From: Octopus sinensis
Taxonomy: Eukaryota
Length of the DNA: 64,000 nt
Reading direction: 5' to 3'
NCBI RefSeq assembly: GCF_006345805.1
Contig: NC_043014.1
Location: 51,956,001 to 52,020,000 of the forward strand
The notes beneath the pieces were generated by a model. It was not told where the DNA came from. It saw nothing but the letters and a program-made list of their open reading frames with translations, and did no database searches. This document shows, in pieces, positions 12,441 through 25,632 of this stretch; the first letter of the stretch is position 1, and each line of letters begins with the position of its first letter. The position numbers and the translations under genes are program-made.

Positions 12441-12890
12441 ACAGAAATGCATGTGCACAGTAAACAAACTAGTGAATGTTAATATACGAGGTTTTGCTGG
12501 AGTCTCACAAATTTGTGTATTGCTTTGTGTAAATAAATATGTGGCATATAAAAATATACAAATTAACAACTATACTACTGAAATATTCAAATATGTCTCT
12601 TCAATATATAATATATTAATCATATTTGAAGTAATATGACAAAACACATTTGGCTGAATATCTCAAAATATATAAAAATTATATACAAGAGACAATCATC
12701 TGGGATTAAGTCACTTATGTAGACAAAAATTTCGTTACTGTACATTCTATCTTTGATTAACAAAATTATTTATTCTTCTCCAAATATAGCAAATTGTTTT
12801 CGAATATGTATGTCCTTTATTTCATTTAAGATTATTCCAAAAATTTCAATTCATATAGACGCACACCCACATGCATGTCTGTATGAATGC

Positions 12891-12930
<40 letters not shown>

Positions 12931-12940
<10 letters not shown>

Positions 12941-13011
12941 AAGATATACATATTCCTGTATATACACATATAAATACAAACATATATATGTATAGACATA
13001 GACATGCCTAT

Positions 13012-13043
<32 letters not shown>

Positions 13044-13120
13044 CACACATACAAGATATACATATTCCTGTATATACACATATAAATACAAACATATATA
13101 TGTATAGACATAGACATGCC
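12931..13120. repeat. Identical 78-bp direct duplication separated by a TA tract
   Basis: 12931-13008 is identical to 13043-13120. Confidence 0.95.
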
Positions 13121-14043
13121 TATATATATATATATATATATATATATAGATAGATATGCACACATATATACATATATAGACATAGATAAATAGAGAGAGA
13201 GAAAGGGATGGAGGGGGTGAAAGTTTTAAAATTTCGTAGGTAGAAAAAATATTTATGAACATCACATGTCTAATTATTTTGATGAACAAGAATATATCTC
13301 AAAAACTTAAAGAATCAAATAATATATATAGTCGATTTCTTTTTTATGTATTCTTGAAAACATCGAATATATTGATAGGATACGCTGCTTCTAAGATGTT
13401 TCTAATAAGCACAACTTTACGTAATGACTGTGTCGGCAAAAGTGTCCATGAGAATTTCAACCAAATTTGTGGATTCGAAGAGGCAGAAAAATTATATGGA
13501 GGTCAACCAGTGGCGGTGATGGTGTCTGACAATTATAGTGTTTTATAGGATTCTTCCACAAAGCCTGACTATATCATTTAGACAAAGAGACAATTTGTGA
13601 TCGTAGAGGATGAATAACAAAAAAACTGGGCAAATATATTCTACCCTTGGCTCGACATCCTAGCCTGGCCTCAATCTAACAACTGAAGCAAGTAGGATTT
13701 AGCAGAGAGGATATAAAGGATCATAAACTGTTTAACACCATATATATTTGAGTGAAAATTAAAAAATACTGGAAGCTAAATATAGGAAGACATAGGTAAA
13801 TAAAGAAGCAGAAAATTGTACAGACTAATACCCAAGCGTCATACTATTCAACTGCGTTTGATGCGCAAATAGCTACTTTAAAAGATTGTTTCGATGTTTA
13901 TTCAATTTTTACTATCATTCCATTTAGAAGAAAACCTATATCTATCAAAATATTGTCACGCTTCACTTCTCAGCTGCTCCAAATTCTGAAAGACTCGTTT
14001 CCTGAACGAACAATTCTTATTCTCCCACTATGATGTTTAAAGA

Positions 14044-14090
<47 letters not shown>

Positions 14091-14091
<1 letters not shown>

Positions 14092-14190
14092 GGCAGAGTC
14101 GGTTGAAGTAACGACAGAGTGTATTAGTTTGACGTTCAATAAAAATAGAATTCTTTGACGTTTCAAGACTACGTTCTTCTACAAAGAGTA
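14091..14190 (-). mobile_element. Degenerate Penelope-like terminal repeat fragment
   Basis: Shares GTGTATTAGTTT...GACGTTTC.AG.CTACG.TCTTC with 42140-42270 and 50804-50998. Confidence 0.4.
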
Positions 14191-14326
14191 ATGGCGATAG
14201 AAAACAGATGGAGAGTTGAAAAAAAAAATATACAGAATAAATCCGGTTCTACCAAGAACACATATTACTTCTTCGAAATTCTCCTCGTCACGACAGTCTC
14301 CTGCTCTTGTGTGCGCTATAGTCACA

Positions 14327-14716
14327 TGGATGGAAGCACTCCGTCGGTTACGACGATGAGGGTTCCGGTTGATCCGAATCAACGGAACAGCCTGCTCGTG
14401 AAATTAACGTGTAAGTGGCTGAGCACTCCACAAACACGTGCACCCTTAACGTAGTTCTCGGGGATATTCAGCGTGACACAGAGAGTGACAAGGCCGGCCC
14501 TTTGAAATACAGGTACAACAGAAACAGGAAGTAAGAGTGAGAGAAAGTTGTGGTGAAAGAGTACAGTAGGGATCACCACCATCCCCTGCCGGAGCGTCGT
14601 GGAGCTTTGAGGTGTTTTCGCTCAATAAACACTCACAACGCCCGGTCTGGGAATCGAAACCGCGATCCTATGACCGCGAATTTGCTGCCCTAACCATTGG
14701 GCCATTGTGCCTCCAT
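14327..14716 (-). mobile_element. SINE family C, tail type 2, full length with 11-bp TSD
   Basis: tRNA-like head on minus strand; CTATAGTCACA at 14316-14326 and 14717-14727; tail ends ..GTGCTTCCATCCA. Confidence 0.9.
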
Positions 14717-14949
14717 CTATAGTCACAGACTCTGTAGTTAAAGAAGATTCTATTTCACAATCACCGACGTTGAGCAGACCTTTGTAATTTTATGAGGAAA
14801 TACAACCCGTCATTGAAAGATATGATAGAAGTGAACAGTAAATTTATCAGACAAGTGCAAATATATTGCAGCGTAGGTCTATTTGCTAGTTCATTGAATA
14901 TAATTAAGAGGTCTTCAATGGTTTCTATGTTATTACAATATTGACTAGG

Positions 14950-15239
14950 ATCAAAATCATCATCATCATCATCATCATGAATATAATCATCGTGATTATA
15001 ACGATCATCACCATCATCACCATAATCGTTAACGACATAACGATCTATGTCATCCCCAACACCGTCACCTTCACCAACTTTGTCTTCGACCTTTGCTTTT
15101 CTTTTGTTTATTCGTTTTCTCATCCGGAGTTTTATTTTCTCTTTCTTATACGTCTTCTCATCCTCATTCTTCTTTTTCTTCTTCTTCTTCTTATAGTTCT
15201 TCTTCCTCTTCTTCCAATTCTTCTTCCTCTTCTTCCAAT

Positions 15240-15274
<35 letters not shown>

Positions 15275-15365
15275 TTCATCTTCTTCTCCTCCTTCCTCTC
15301 CTCATCCTTCTTCTTATCTTTCTTCTACTTCTTCTTCCCCCTCTTCTTCTTCTTCTTCTTCTACG
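14950..15365. repeat. (CAT)n and (TCT)n triplet low-complexity block
   Basis: Explains the poly-K/poly-S/poly-L ORFs in the track. Confidence 0.9.
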
Positions 15366-15946
15366 CCAGTCATTGATATCATCGTCTTCTTAATTTCATT
15401 TTTCACTTATTTATTTCCCTGGTTTCTGTTATTAACCTCTTCCATCTATCGATTTTCCTTTTATTTGTTTCTATAATACATACGCCAATCCCCCCACGTC
15501 GTTCCAATTACTTTTCTCTTTTCCTCTACACTTATATTTCTTCTTATATCTGGAATTGTCAAGTCAATATAATTCCAACTTTCCTTTAAAGTATGGCGGT
15601 TTCCTGTTATAGAAGAAACCTCGCTCAATTTTATTATTTTCTTCCACTTTCCCCATTTATTTTTTCACTTCTGATTCATATAATTTTCATCTATATATAA
15701 AGAAGCAAATGATAAGTAACATTTTCTACCTCATTTCTATGTCTGTATACATTACTTTTATGTATCGCCATTTCTTATACATTCAGCGTACACGATATTG
15801 TCACCGTTCAATTTTATTTCCTTGTTGAATTTACAGACGTTACTTTAAATCAACGTCGTCTGATTCTATAAAAGTGCTCTTACTTTATACTTAACCTAAC
15901 TCTTTCATCTAAAGAAATACAAGTCGTTATATCTATATATACATAC

Positions 15947-16039
<93 letters not shown>

Positions 16040-17139
16040 GCACTTCTTTGATTCTTCCTGCACATAAAACTGAGGGCTTATGGGCAGTTTTATATTGTTA
16101 CGTATAGACACAGTTTTGTTGAATAATGCACTGATGTCGTATCCATTCTGGATTACGGCTTTGTTCTATTTTTTACCGAGCTTTTGTCGTTATTTGTAAT
16201 TAATTCAAGCATTGATTGTTCATACGGATATATTTCTCCTTCCGTTTGATTATCCTCTTGTATTATATCTACATGACAGCGCATTTCTTCCATACGATTT
16301 ATCATTGTTAATGGCTGCAAACTGCTCTAGCATGTTAACTGCCATATTGTCGTCTTATTCCATTTGTGTTAAAAGCATGCGTCTGCTTCCCATTAAGTAT
16401 CTGTCTCTCTCTCATCTACAACTTAATGTCACGTACTATATTAACATGTCTACCGGACTGGGGATAAGGACAGAAAACGTTATCTTGGCTGATATTACAG
16501 GATATTGTCATATATTCTTTCCCGAATCAAAAATCATTTCTTATATTTCTCAAAATATATAGAATCAAAAATATGCACCATTTTTACTCGCGTCTAGAAG
16601 CTATCAATAGAAAATTGTATGTGTTTGATATCGAAGCAAAATTAGTCTATAGAACTTCAGTTCTTGATTTAGTATTGCATATTATTTGACAACTGCAAGC
16701 CTCACAAAGAGTTTTTGTGCGGAAAATATAATTTCTACCTGTGGATGCTCTCTTTCAGAGGGAGCTACCTTTCTGTAGGTATAGCCTCCTAAATAGGGGT
16801 TCTCGCCTTGATTATGTGTATGTGTTGCTTGTATAGCTAATAGAACGTTTGAGATTATTCATTTTTATTACACACAGAGTAAGATTGTAAAAGGTACACA
16901 AGGCGTTGAATATGAAGTTTAATCTAAATATATTTTGAAACTTTTTCAAACGCAATAAACAATTTTATATTCTTAAATTCTGATCGCGTAATGCAGAATT
17001 CAGCAACAGTCTGTCAGGGCTGCGCTTCTTATAGATGTCCACGTTTAGCCTCCAGATAGTCCAAAATGAAGTAGCATTAAAGAAAAAGTTAAATATTTAA
17101 ATATAACTGTGTAGTTCAGACGCTCACTTTGCAGACACA

Positions 17140-17260
17140 TGATTTAGGGCTCAATTCCACAGAGCTATACCCTCAGAAGGTGTATTTTTGTAAAGCATCA
17201 CACAACCAATGCCTTATGAATGCATTTTGCCGAAACTGTGCGCAAGCCCGTCGTTAATAT
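17140..17260 (+). mobile_element. Degenerate SINE family A 5' half ending at (TA)n
   Basis: CCAATGCCTTATGAATG..GAAACTG..AAGCCCGTCG followed by TA tract. Confidence 0.4.
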
Positions 17261-17582
17261 ATATATATATATACGCATTTCCATATATAAATACATATAT
17301 AAGTATGACTACTGGTCTTCGTTTGTCCCAGTATGGTCGCAGTCCAATGACTGCAGCAAGTAAATGATAACAGACAATAACAATAAAAATAATAATAATA
17401 ATAATAATAATAATTTATGTTTCTCAGGAAAATTTAATATACCTAGATCTAAATTATCCGTATTCGTTTTCGATTTTTTAAAGTGAGATTTTGGTTTTTA
17501 TTGTTAGAATTGTAGCTGTTATATTTATTAGGTTGACCAAAGACGTCCATACATTCTTGAACATTGCAACCTAGCAATGTTA

Positions 17583-17964
17583 TCTCTCTCTATATAAACG
17601 GCAGTTTGTCTGTGCGTGTTTCTGTGTGTCTGTTTGCTTGTACCCTCACCCTGACCACGGCTTTCAACCGATTCTGATGAAACTTGACACACACATAGCC
17701 CAATATCATAATTCAAAACTAACGCAGCGACAATTTTGAAAAGTTCCCCCAGTTCTGAAAAATATCGATAAATTCGACATGGGGTCGAGAATTAGAAACA
17801 CAAACCGCAAACTGTCTAGGGGACGCAACTCCACCTTTTTTAACTAAAAAAAAAAATTTACCATCATTTTTTTCCATTTTTTTGCTATTTTTTGGCTATA
17901 ACTCTAAAAATGCTTTATAGTTATTTCCCTTACAAACCTGAGCAAAGCCGGGCGATACTGCTAG
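17583..17964 (+). mobile_element. Non-autonomous Helitron
   Basis: A|TC 5' end, (GTCT/GTGT)-like subterminal repeat, AACCGATTCTGATGAAACTTG motif, GC hairpin CCTGAGCAAAGCCGGG (17937-17952), then CTAG|T 3' end. No TSD. Confidence 0.75.
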
Positions 17965-19149
17965 TTTCAAATAAGTGGCAAAGTAACTCATGTTACACAT
18001 ATATATTTTATTCAAAGACTTAAACCTGAAGCGTGGTGCCAATGAAAGATATCCAGGTTATCCAACACTGGTAGAATGAACAGTAGGAATCTTCCTCGGC
18101 AATAGGAGCTGTCTTTATACGCGAGTAAAACCGCTGCTCTCCTCATTGGTAGCGTTTAATATAGCTTCAGATTACAAAACGGTAACGGTTCCACCAAAGA
18201 CACTTTCTCAGTGTCTCCATCGATGACATTTCCTATAAAGTATTTTGTTAAACTAGATTCAGTAAGATAGTAACATTGGCCCGTCGCATGGTCGGATTGA
18301 AACGGAGAACTTACGTTCGGGAAACTAATTTCTTAACTATACATGCCTACCTGCTATTAGAATGATGTGTATTCTCAATTAACCCGAAGAAAAAAAATAT
18401 TCCATTCTAAGTAATCGATTCACGTAAATTTTGCAATTAAGAAGCTTAGGCCTGTGTAATATCTCAACACTAAATCGAAACTGGATTAGAGCCTGAGGAA
18501 GCGGAAACTTTAGTTTGGTTGTCAAACAATCGGAGAAGTTCATTTGGCGAACCGACTTTCACTCCATATTGTAATGTTTCGACAACTTACCTAGGGCTAT
18601 AATTAAGCAGCTTGTATTATTGATTTTTCTGTAGTTGAGATTTTGTATTCTTGGAGAAATGTTAAATTGGATTGTAAGATAAACAAGTGGAAAAGTAAAG
18701 TATCTGTCGCTTCTCACATACATTCAACTTCAACATGAAATGATGTGAGGGCTTCGCCTATTCTAACAATTAATTGAAGTGTGAAATGTGTTTGCATATT
18801 CGAGAATAGCTGTGTGTTTCAGAGATGTGTTTCACAACCTCATGGTTCTAGGCTCAATTGCAACACGAGTGTCTCATCGTATTACAAAGCAAATCTTCGT
18901 AGCGAAAACGTGTACGGCATGCATTGCTGGTTTTGACGAAGTAGAGATTACCAATTGGATTGTGTTGATACAACAACTGGCATCAGGGAATGTAAATCTG
19001 CAAGAATTTTAAATGTTGCAGCATGCCAATTCCTGAAACAACGCCTTGGCTATGTCATTCCTTCCCTGACTATGATAATACAAAATGAAAATTCACAATC
19101 ATTATATCTACCTGTGTATAAAGACCAGTTTCTACCAGTTTCATAAATA

Positions 19150-19390
19150 ACCATGGAGTTGCACCTCAAAAGTTACCCTCCAGGACACAAGTCTGAGCAA
19201 GAATGTTTATGGAAGACCAGCAGTTCGCATATGCATACCAGCTTCTCCAACCCACGCCACCGATGTTATCCACGAGAAAGACAAACGCCGATACAGCTTG
19301 GCACCAGTGACGTCGCTACTCACTTTTAAGCTGAGTGAAATAAACCGTTTTGCCCAAGTACACAACACACGGCCCAGTCCGGAAATTACT
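19150..19390 (-). mobile_element. SINE family D, head-truncated (CORE/V-like body, RTE-like tail)
   Basis: Minus strand GTGTTGTGTACTTGGGCAAAAC..CACTCAGCT..GAGTAGCGACGTCACTGGTGCCAAGCTGTATCGGC. Family recognised from memory; single clear copy here. Confidence 0.55.
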
Positions 19391-19502
19391 ATCATATATG
19401 TACGTGCGTGTGTATCTGAGAGCATACCTATATTAATAAGCGCATCTATATGTGTGTGTGTGTGTGTGTGTGACTTAGTGCCAATTCTTTCTATAGCATT
19501 AA

Positions 19503-19715
19503 GACGGTGAGCTGGCGGAATCGGGTGAACACCGGGAAAATGGTTTAGCGTCATTTCGTCTGTCTTCACGTTTTAACTTCAAATTATGCCGAGGTAGACT
19601 TAGCCTTTCATTATTTTGGGGTCGATAGAATAAGTACCGATTGAACACTGGGTTGGATGTATTCGACTTACCCCATGCATCAAAATTACTGACCTTGTGC
19701 CAAAATTTAAAGCCA
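19503..19715 (+). mobile_element. SINE family B, tail type 2
   Basis: GACGGTGAGCTGGCGGAATC head; AGCCTTTCAT..GGGGTCGATAGAATAAGTACC body. Confidence 0.75.
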
Positions 19716-20037
19716 ATGTTTTTGATACCAAACAATAATTAAATATAGAAGACATTCGCAAACATACCTACATAAGTACACATACACACACACAGACACA
19801 CACACACACACACACACACACACAACACACACACACACACACACACACATAACTATATGTATATATGGTCGTATTACTAAAAGACAGGAGCAAAATTAAA
19901 GAATTATATTGATATTTAGATTACGTGTACTACTATATTTGTCATAAAACGGATTTCTCGTTCTTAATTCGATCTCTGGAAAAGGTATATCAGAAGATTG
20001 TAAATGAAAAGTATAATAATGATGACGACAACGATAC

Positions 20038-20072
<35 letters not shown>

Positions 20073-20814
20073 GTAAAAAGAAGAAGATGAAGAAGAAGAG
20101 GGGGAGGAGGAGTAGAGACAATGGAAACGGATACATGTTGATGAGGTAGAGGAAATGAAGAAACACACCTCTATCCAATTATCTGATAAATTACTCAACT
20201 TCCTTGAGTACACTACCAAAGAAAATGATGAAAGAAAGTTACCAGAAGTAAAAAAGCGTTCCTGCTGGCTGCTTTATCTGTTTGGTAATTGTAATATAGT
20301 GAAATTAAGAAAAAAAGGAGACAGGACGAAATGGCGGGTAGGGAATAACAAGGCAAAAAGAAAAAAAGAAATCCAATAGATAATGTAAAAAAAACAAAAA
20401 AAAAAAAACACACGAATGTAAAAATATAGAAACACATTAATTTCTTGAAGAAAATTAGACGAAGCAGAAAGATAATAACAAATCCAAATATGTAATAAAC
20501 AAAAATAAAAATAAAAAAAATAATTAATTTTGGTTTCATAGGGAAAATAACAAAACATACTGGAAAAGTATCAATGAAGAACGTACCTTGTTTACTTCAA
20601 ATAATGTTTAATTGGATATCACCTTCTTAATGAATTAATTAACTACTTGAATAATACAACTTTTTAATGTTTTTCTTATGACTTTTGTCTTTTATTATTT
20701 GCCTCATGTTTCGGTACTTTTTTCAAAAAATTGGTTAGAGGCAAATTTTTAGGTGAGTAAAATCAGTATATCAAATTTACAGTTAATTTGATCGATAACA
20801 ATATATATATGTAC

Positions 20815-20867
<53 letters not shown>

Positions 20868-21359
20868 CACTGACACATGAACATACATACACATGCACTC
20901 AGACACACGCACACACAACCACATGCAAACACACGAACATACACAGGCCTATACATGGTGAACTTGCCTCTCCTGGACAACATATAAGGGAATGAGAGCT
21001 CCGCAAATTGTCGGTGAGCGAACTGCACGGATAATTTGTTCAGGGTGATCAAATATATTTGCTGCTTTCTCGCTCATTCCCCACATCAAATCGAACACGT
21101 GCTTTTCACGCGTTATATGTCGAAGTCATCGAAGCGGAATGTGTAACGAAATTTGTTCAAGAACACAGCCTCTAACCCAGGGATTCCTAACGTGGGGCAT
21201 ATGCCCCACCTGTGGGGCCTGGGAAAATTGTAGTGTGAGCTGAGTGATCCAAATTTTCCTTTTCTTTTTAATAAGACATGGAATTGGGAAAATCTTTCGC
21301 TTATTTTTTTCTTTCTCAGTCAATAACGTACTTTCATTTTATACATACACACACACACG

Positions 21360-21406
<47 letters not shown>

Positions 21407-21429
21407 GGATAGATAGATAGATAGATTGA

Positions 21430-21537
21430 TTCAGTTTCACTGCGTGGCACCTTGGTCAGGTGTCTTCTACTATAGACTCGGGCTGACCAAAGCCTTGTGA
21501 ATGGATCTGATAGCCGGAAACTGAAAGAACCCCGTCG

Positions 21538-21572
<35 letters not shown>

Positions 21573-21770
21573 GTATGTATTTGTGTGTGTTATGGCTTGT
21601 GCGTCTGTGTTTGTCACCCCAACATTGCTTGACATCCAATGTTGGTGAGTTCGACAAAAGGACCGATATAATATAGACTAGGCTTACAAAGAATAAGTCC
21701 TGGGGTCGACTTGTTCGACTAAATGCGGTGCTCCAGCATGGCCGCAGTCAAATTACTGAAACGAGAAAAT
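21430..21770 (+). mobile_element. SINE family A, 5'-truncated with internal deletion
   Basis: Colinear with 845-1175. Confidence 0.85.
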
Positions 21771-21784
21771 GAGTAAATTGATAG

Positions 21785-21975
21785 ATAGATGTACACGTGA
21801 ATGTCTTTATATTGTATATTTAGATAGATGGATAGATAGGTAGGTAGAGAGATAGGTAGGTAGGTAGGTAGAGAGATAGGTAGGTAGGTAGGTAGGTAGG
21901 AGGGTAGTTAGATAGATAGATAGATAGGTAGGTAGGTAGGTAGATAGGAGGGTAGGTAGATAGATAGATAGGTAT
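21785..21975. repeat. Compound (AGAT)n/(AGGT)n tetranucleotide array
   Basis: Direct reading of sequence. Confidence 0.95.
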
Positions 21976-22631
21976 ACGTGCAAGTTTGTGTGCGTGTGTG
22001 TATCATTCGCATATCAATCACGTAAAATCGAATTGCGGAAGTTCAGACAATTTTAAGGTTTCCACAGTAACGCACAAGTGTGTTAGTTTGAAACGAGGCT
22101 GTAAGAAAACATAATTGACAAGAATTCTGACCAATGAGATGAAAATGGAAACTACAGGATCGAAAAAGTTAAATGAAGTTCTTAACAAGTCTTCCATATA
22201 CACACATGCATCAAATCTATGTATGACACTGATTGCAAGCGAGGTATCAAACGTACAAACAAAATGAAGATCAAAAACAGGATCTATACCCAAATAAGTT
22301 AAGACGGATAAAACGAAGAAAAATTTCTTAAAAAGATTCAATCGTGTAAGTCGTGTTTATTCTAATTAGCTCGCGCAACAACATGGAAATAGACAACATT
22401 CTAAAAACAAAATAAAGTCTGTGAGACTAAATGAAGTTTCAAATCTTTGCAGCTAATGAATTGGTAGAAAGGAAGTAGAACATGCTTCGAACTATTAAAT
22501 CTTGCAAACTCGAAGTTAATCAGGCGACATACTTTTAATATACGAATGTGACATTGCTGCATGTCGCATTCCAATTTACGCTTTTTATAATTGGAACGAA
22601 CGAAACAGCGACTACGCTAATGACGTTATAT

Positions 22632-22680
<49 letters not shown>

Positions 22681-22833
22681 AGCTAAGTATATAAATGCAT
22701 ATATACATGCATATATGTATACATATGCACGTGTACCGCGATATCCTTTGTGTTCTGTTTATAATTTGTATTTGATATATACACTCTCACCTCCGCCACT
22801 ATCTGGCATATACAGATATATATATATTTCGCC

Positions 22834-22898
<65 letters not shown>

Positions 22899-22901
<3 letters not shown>

Positions 22902-23100
22902 GGCGAAATGCTTAGCAGTATTTCGTCTGCCGCTGCGTTTTGAGTTCAAATCCCGCCGATGTAGACTTTGCCTTTCATCCTTTCGGGGGCGATAAATTAA
23001 GTACCAGTTACGCACTGGGGTCGATGTAATCGACTTAATCCCTTTGTCTGTCCTTGTTTGTCCCCTCTGTATTTAGCTCCTTGTGGGCAATAAAGAAATA
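22899..23100 (+). mobile_element. SINE family B, tail type 1, 5'-truncated at a (TA)n array
   Basis: Highly similar to 40255-40441. Confidence 0.9.
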
Positions 23101-23131
<31 letters not shown>

Positions 23132-24099
23132 GCATACGCACACATATGTATACATATCAGAAGTAAGATAGAAATTCCGATAGAATCTGGCACTTGAAAA
23201 GGTATGCACCAGGCCGGGTTGGGTAAGGTATGTGGTTCCTGCCTATGGTGGGTGAGTGTCAAAATATCAGATAGGATATTGCGGTTGTGTACATAGAGAA
23301 AACCAACCCTATGAGTATTTAGCCCCTAAGAGGTTGGTCCAAATTACGCGTACATTTGTGTTGTACGATGTTGGTATACTCCAAGGTGTACGACAAGTAA
23401 ATCCTTTGGTGTATTGTTATCAAATGAATAACATACCTAGAATAATTGTCAGCTCATTACAGATGTTTCTTATGTAAACTTTTAACAGAAGAATGAGAAT
23501 ATTGCATCGTTGTAAAAGATCGTAATTATCAGATGAGAAGTAACCTTACAAAATCAAAGAATATCCAGGAATACAGCAGGGATATGTCAGTCGAGGCCAT
23601 CTATGAAATAGGAGAATAAGCAACTATGTTGGCAGTTTAGGTTAAAAATGTAGTTCTTTAAAGTGTGTAATATGATAAGTCCAGTTACTCGGCTGAGAAG
23701 GAGTCTGGTTGACTGGAGTGTGTTGCAGGAGAAATTTTATTGTTGTAAGCTATGGATTCTTGTAAGCAAAGAAGGGATCATAAAACAAGGATATTTTGAC
23801 AAATTAAACTTAAATGTTGAAGTGAATCGAACGGCTTTTGTGTGTTTCTTAAATGGCTTACAAACACCTTCCGCGCTGCAATTGTTTTCGTTCCAGCACA
23901 CGATCTCAGATCAAATCACTTGCTATGCAAGCACATCTCCGTAATATATATATATATGATCATGAGATAATTAATTTCAATATATCTTACGTATGTCTGT
24001 TACGTATGTCTATTTCCATAGACATGCTTGCACACATTATACTATAATCACGGGTGGGAATGCTGTGTGTGTTGTAGATTCTTTTGTAAGAATATTTCT

Positions 24100-24540
24100 C
24101 CGAGACTGAATCTTTCCTCTCAATTGTTCTGTGTGTACGGTACGGTGTATGCTGCAGTCTAGCGATCTCGTCTACGTTTGGAATTTGCTAGTTTTGGAAG
24201 GGACCCATACATTAGATTTTCTGGGTGCTACGAATCCGTAATCGACATATTTTGAAGCAGCTTTTTGTTCGGGCCTCTGCTTAAGATTTGCACCACGCTG
24301 ATCACGATTTTCTGTCATCTCATCTCAAACCGATTAACCGATTTAAACTAGTGAGACATTGTTCGGCATTTGTTCTGCTTTTTAGCAAGGTTTTCCCAAG
24401 AGTTGACATCCATATGAAAATACTTGAATGTATCTTTAAGTTCGCTTGTACGACAAAAATATAATACACATGATTAAGTGCAGATTGCCTATATAATCGA
24501 TTATATCTTTGCTCGGTGCATTCGGAATCCAATCCTAGCG
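24100..24540 (-). mobile_element. Possible degraded RTE-clade LINE C-terminal fragment
   Basis: Minus frame KDTFKYFHMDVNSWENLAKKQNKCR resembles the RTE consensus KDTLK...IDxxSWExLAxDRxxWR; the rest is highly decayed. Confidence 0.35.
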
Positions 24541-25372
24541 AAGTTAAGGTTAAGTCTTCAGTGGCTTAGTCACTTTCAGTGATGAAATATATAGATATAA
24601 ATATATATAGTCAGTGCGATTTTAGTTCATCCTATATATATATATATATATATATATGTGGTGTGTGTGTGTGTGTATCTATGTATGTATATATATGATG
24701 AACTAAAATGGCACTGATTAGATGCACGTGATCTATCTCCTTCACGCACCTGAATGTGTGGATGTCCCTGCCTGTCACTATTGTGCGTTTGATCATTTTC
24801 ACATTTCTTTCGTTCAGTTTAAAGCAAAAAAACAAAAACGTCGAATGGATAACGCAAAACGGTAGAGATATTGATTACCTTAATTCCTAGCTTGGAATAG
24901 AAATAGCTGGTGTTCATCTCTCGTACTGTATATTTTATCCAATCATCAACACTATAGAGAGCTGTATAATATATAATACGACTAATTCATCCTGGTTTTT
25001 TCCCACATTAACGAATAGATTTTTATCAGTTCTTGCGGTTCTATTTGAGAATGAAATATAAGTATCCTTCGGTATTTACTACCGACATATATAGAAAAGA
25101 AATTATATCTTTTAGTCCATGCTTAGAACAAATGTCTGCATTCCATTACACCTACACCTCACTTCCAATACAAAAAATGAACGCCTCTCATTATATTAGG
25201 TGAATATACGAGATATCCTCATACAATTTTAGATTAATACGCTAATAGCTTCAGCATGGGTATTATGTGTGTGTGAGTCTCACACACACACACATATTTA
25301 TATATATACATGCATACACATACACGTGTATATATGTATGTATGTATATATACATGCATACAAATACACGTG

Positions 25373-25403
<31 letters not shown>

Positions 25404-25509
25404 TTATGTATGTATGTATATACATACACGTGTATATATATATATATATAGATATATATATATATATATACACAGATGTATAAATGCATACAGATACACG
25501 TTTACATAC

Positions 25510-25580
<71 letters not shown>

Positions 25581-25583
25581 GTA

Positions 25584-25632
<49 letters not shown>

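Noticed and set aside
14761-15476. Long ORFs rich in K, D, S, L or I
   Set aside because: They are translations of (TCT)n and (CAT)n triplet tracts, open on both strands.
16960-17090. Minus-strand YFILDYLEAK resembling DD37D-type transposase
   Set aside because: Ten residues of similarity, with no TIR or further motifs; not supportable.
20741-20760. TTTTTAG|GTGAGT as another recursive site
   Set aside because: The pyrimidine tract is only 5 nt, AGs lie close upstream and there is no downstream donor; likely chance.
22741-22749. U12-type 5' splice site ATATCCTTT (also GTATCCTTT at 38311, about 51257, about 60283)
   Set aside because: An AT-rich 9-mer expected by chance; no associated exon or U12 branch site.
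23150-23900. Possible decayed Penelope RT on the minus strand
   Set aside because: Only vague resemblance (IIL..YSFDN); no AMG or YxDD motif recoverable by eye. Needs tBLASTn.
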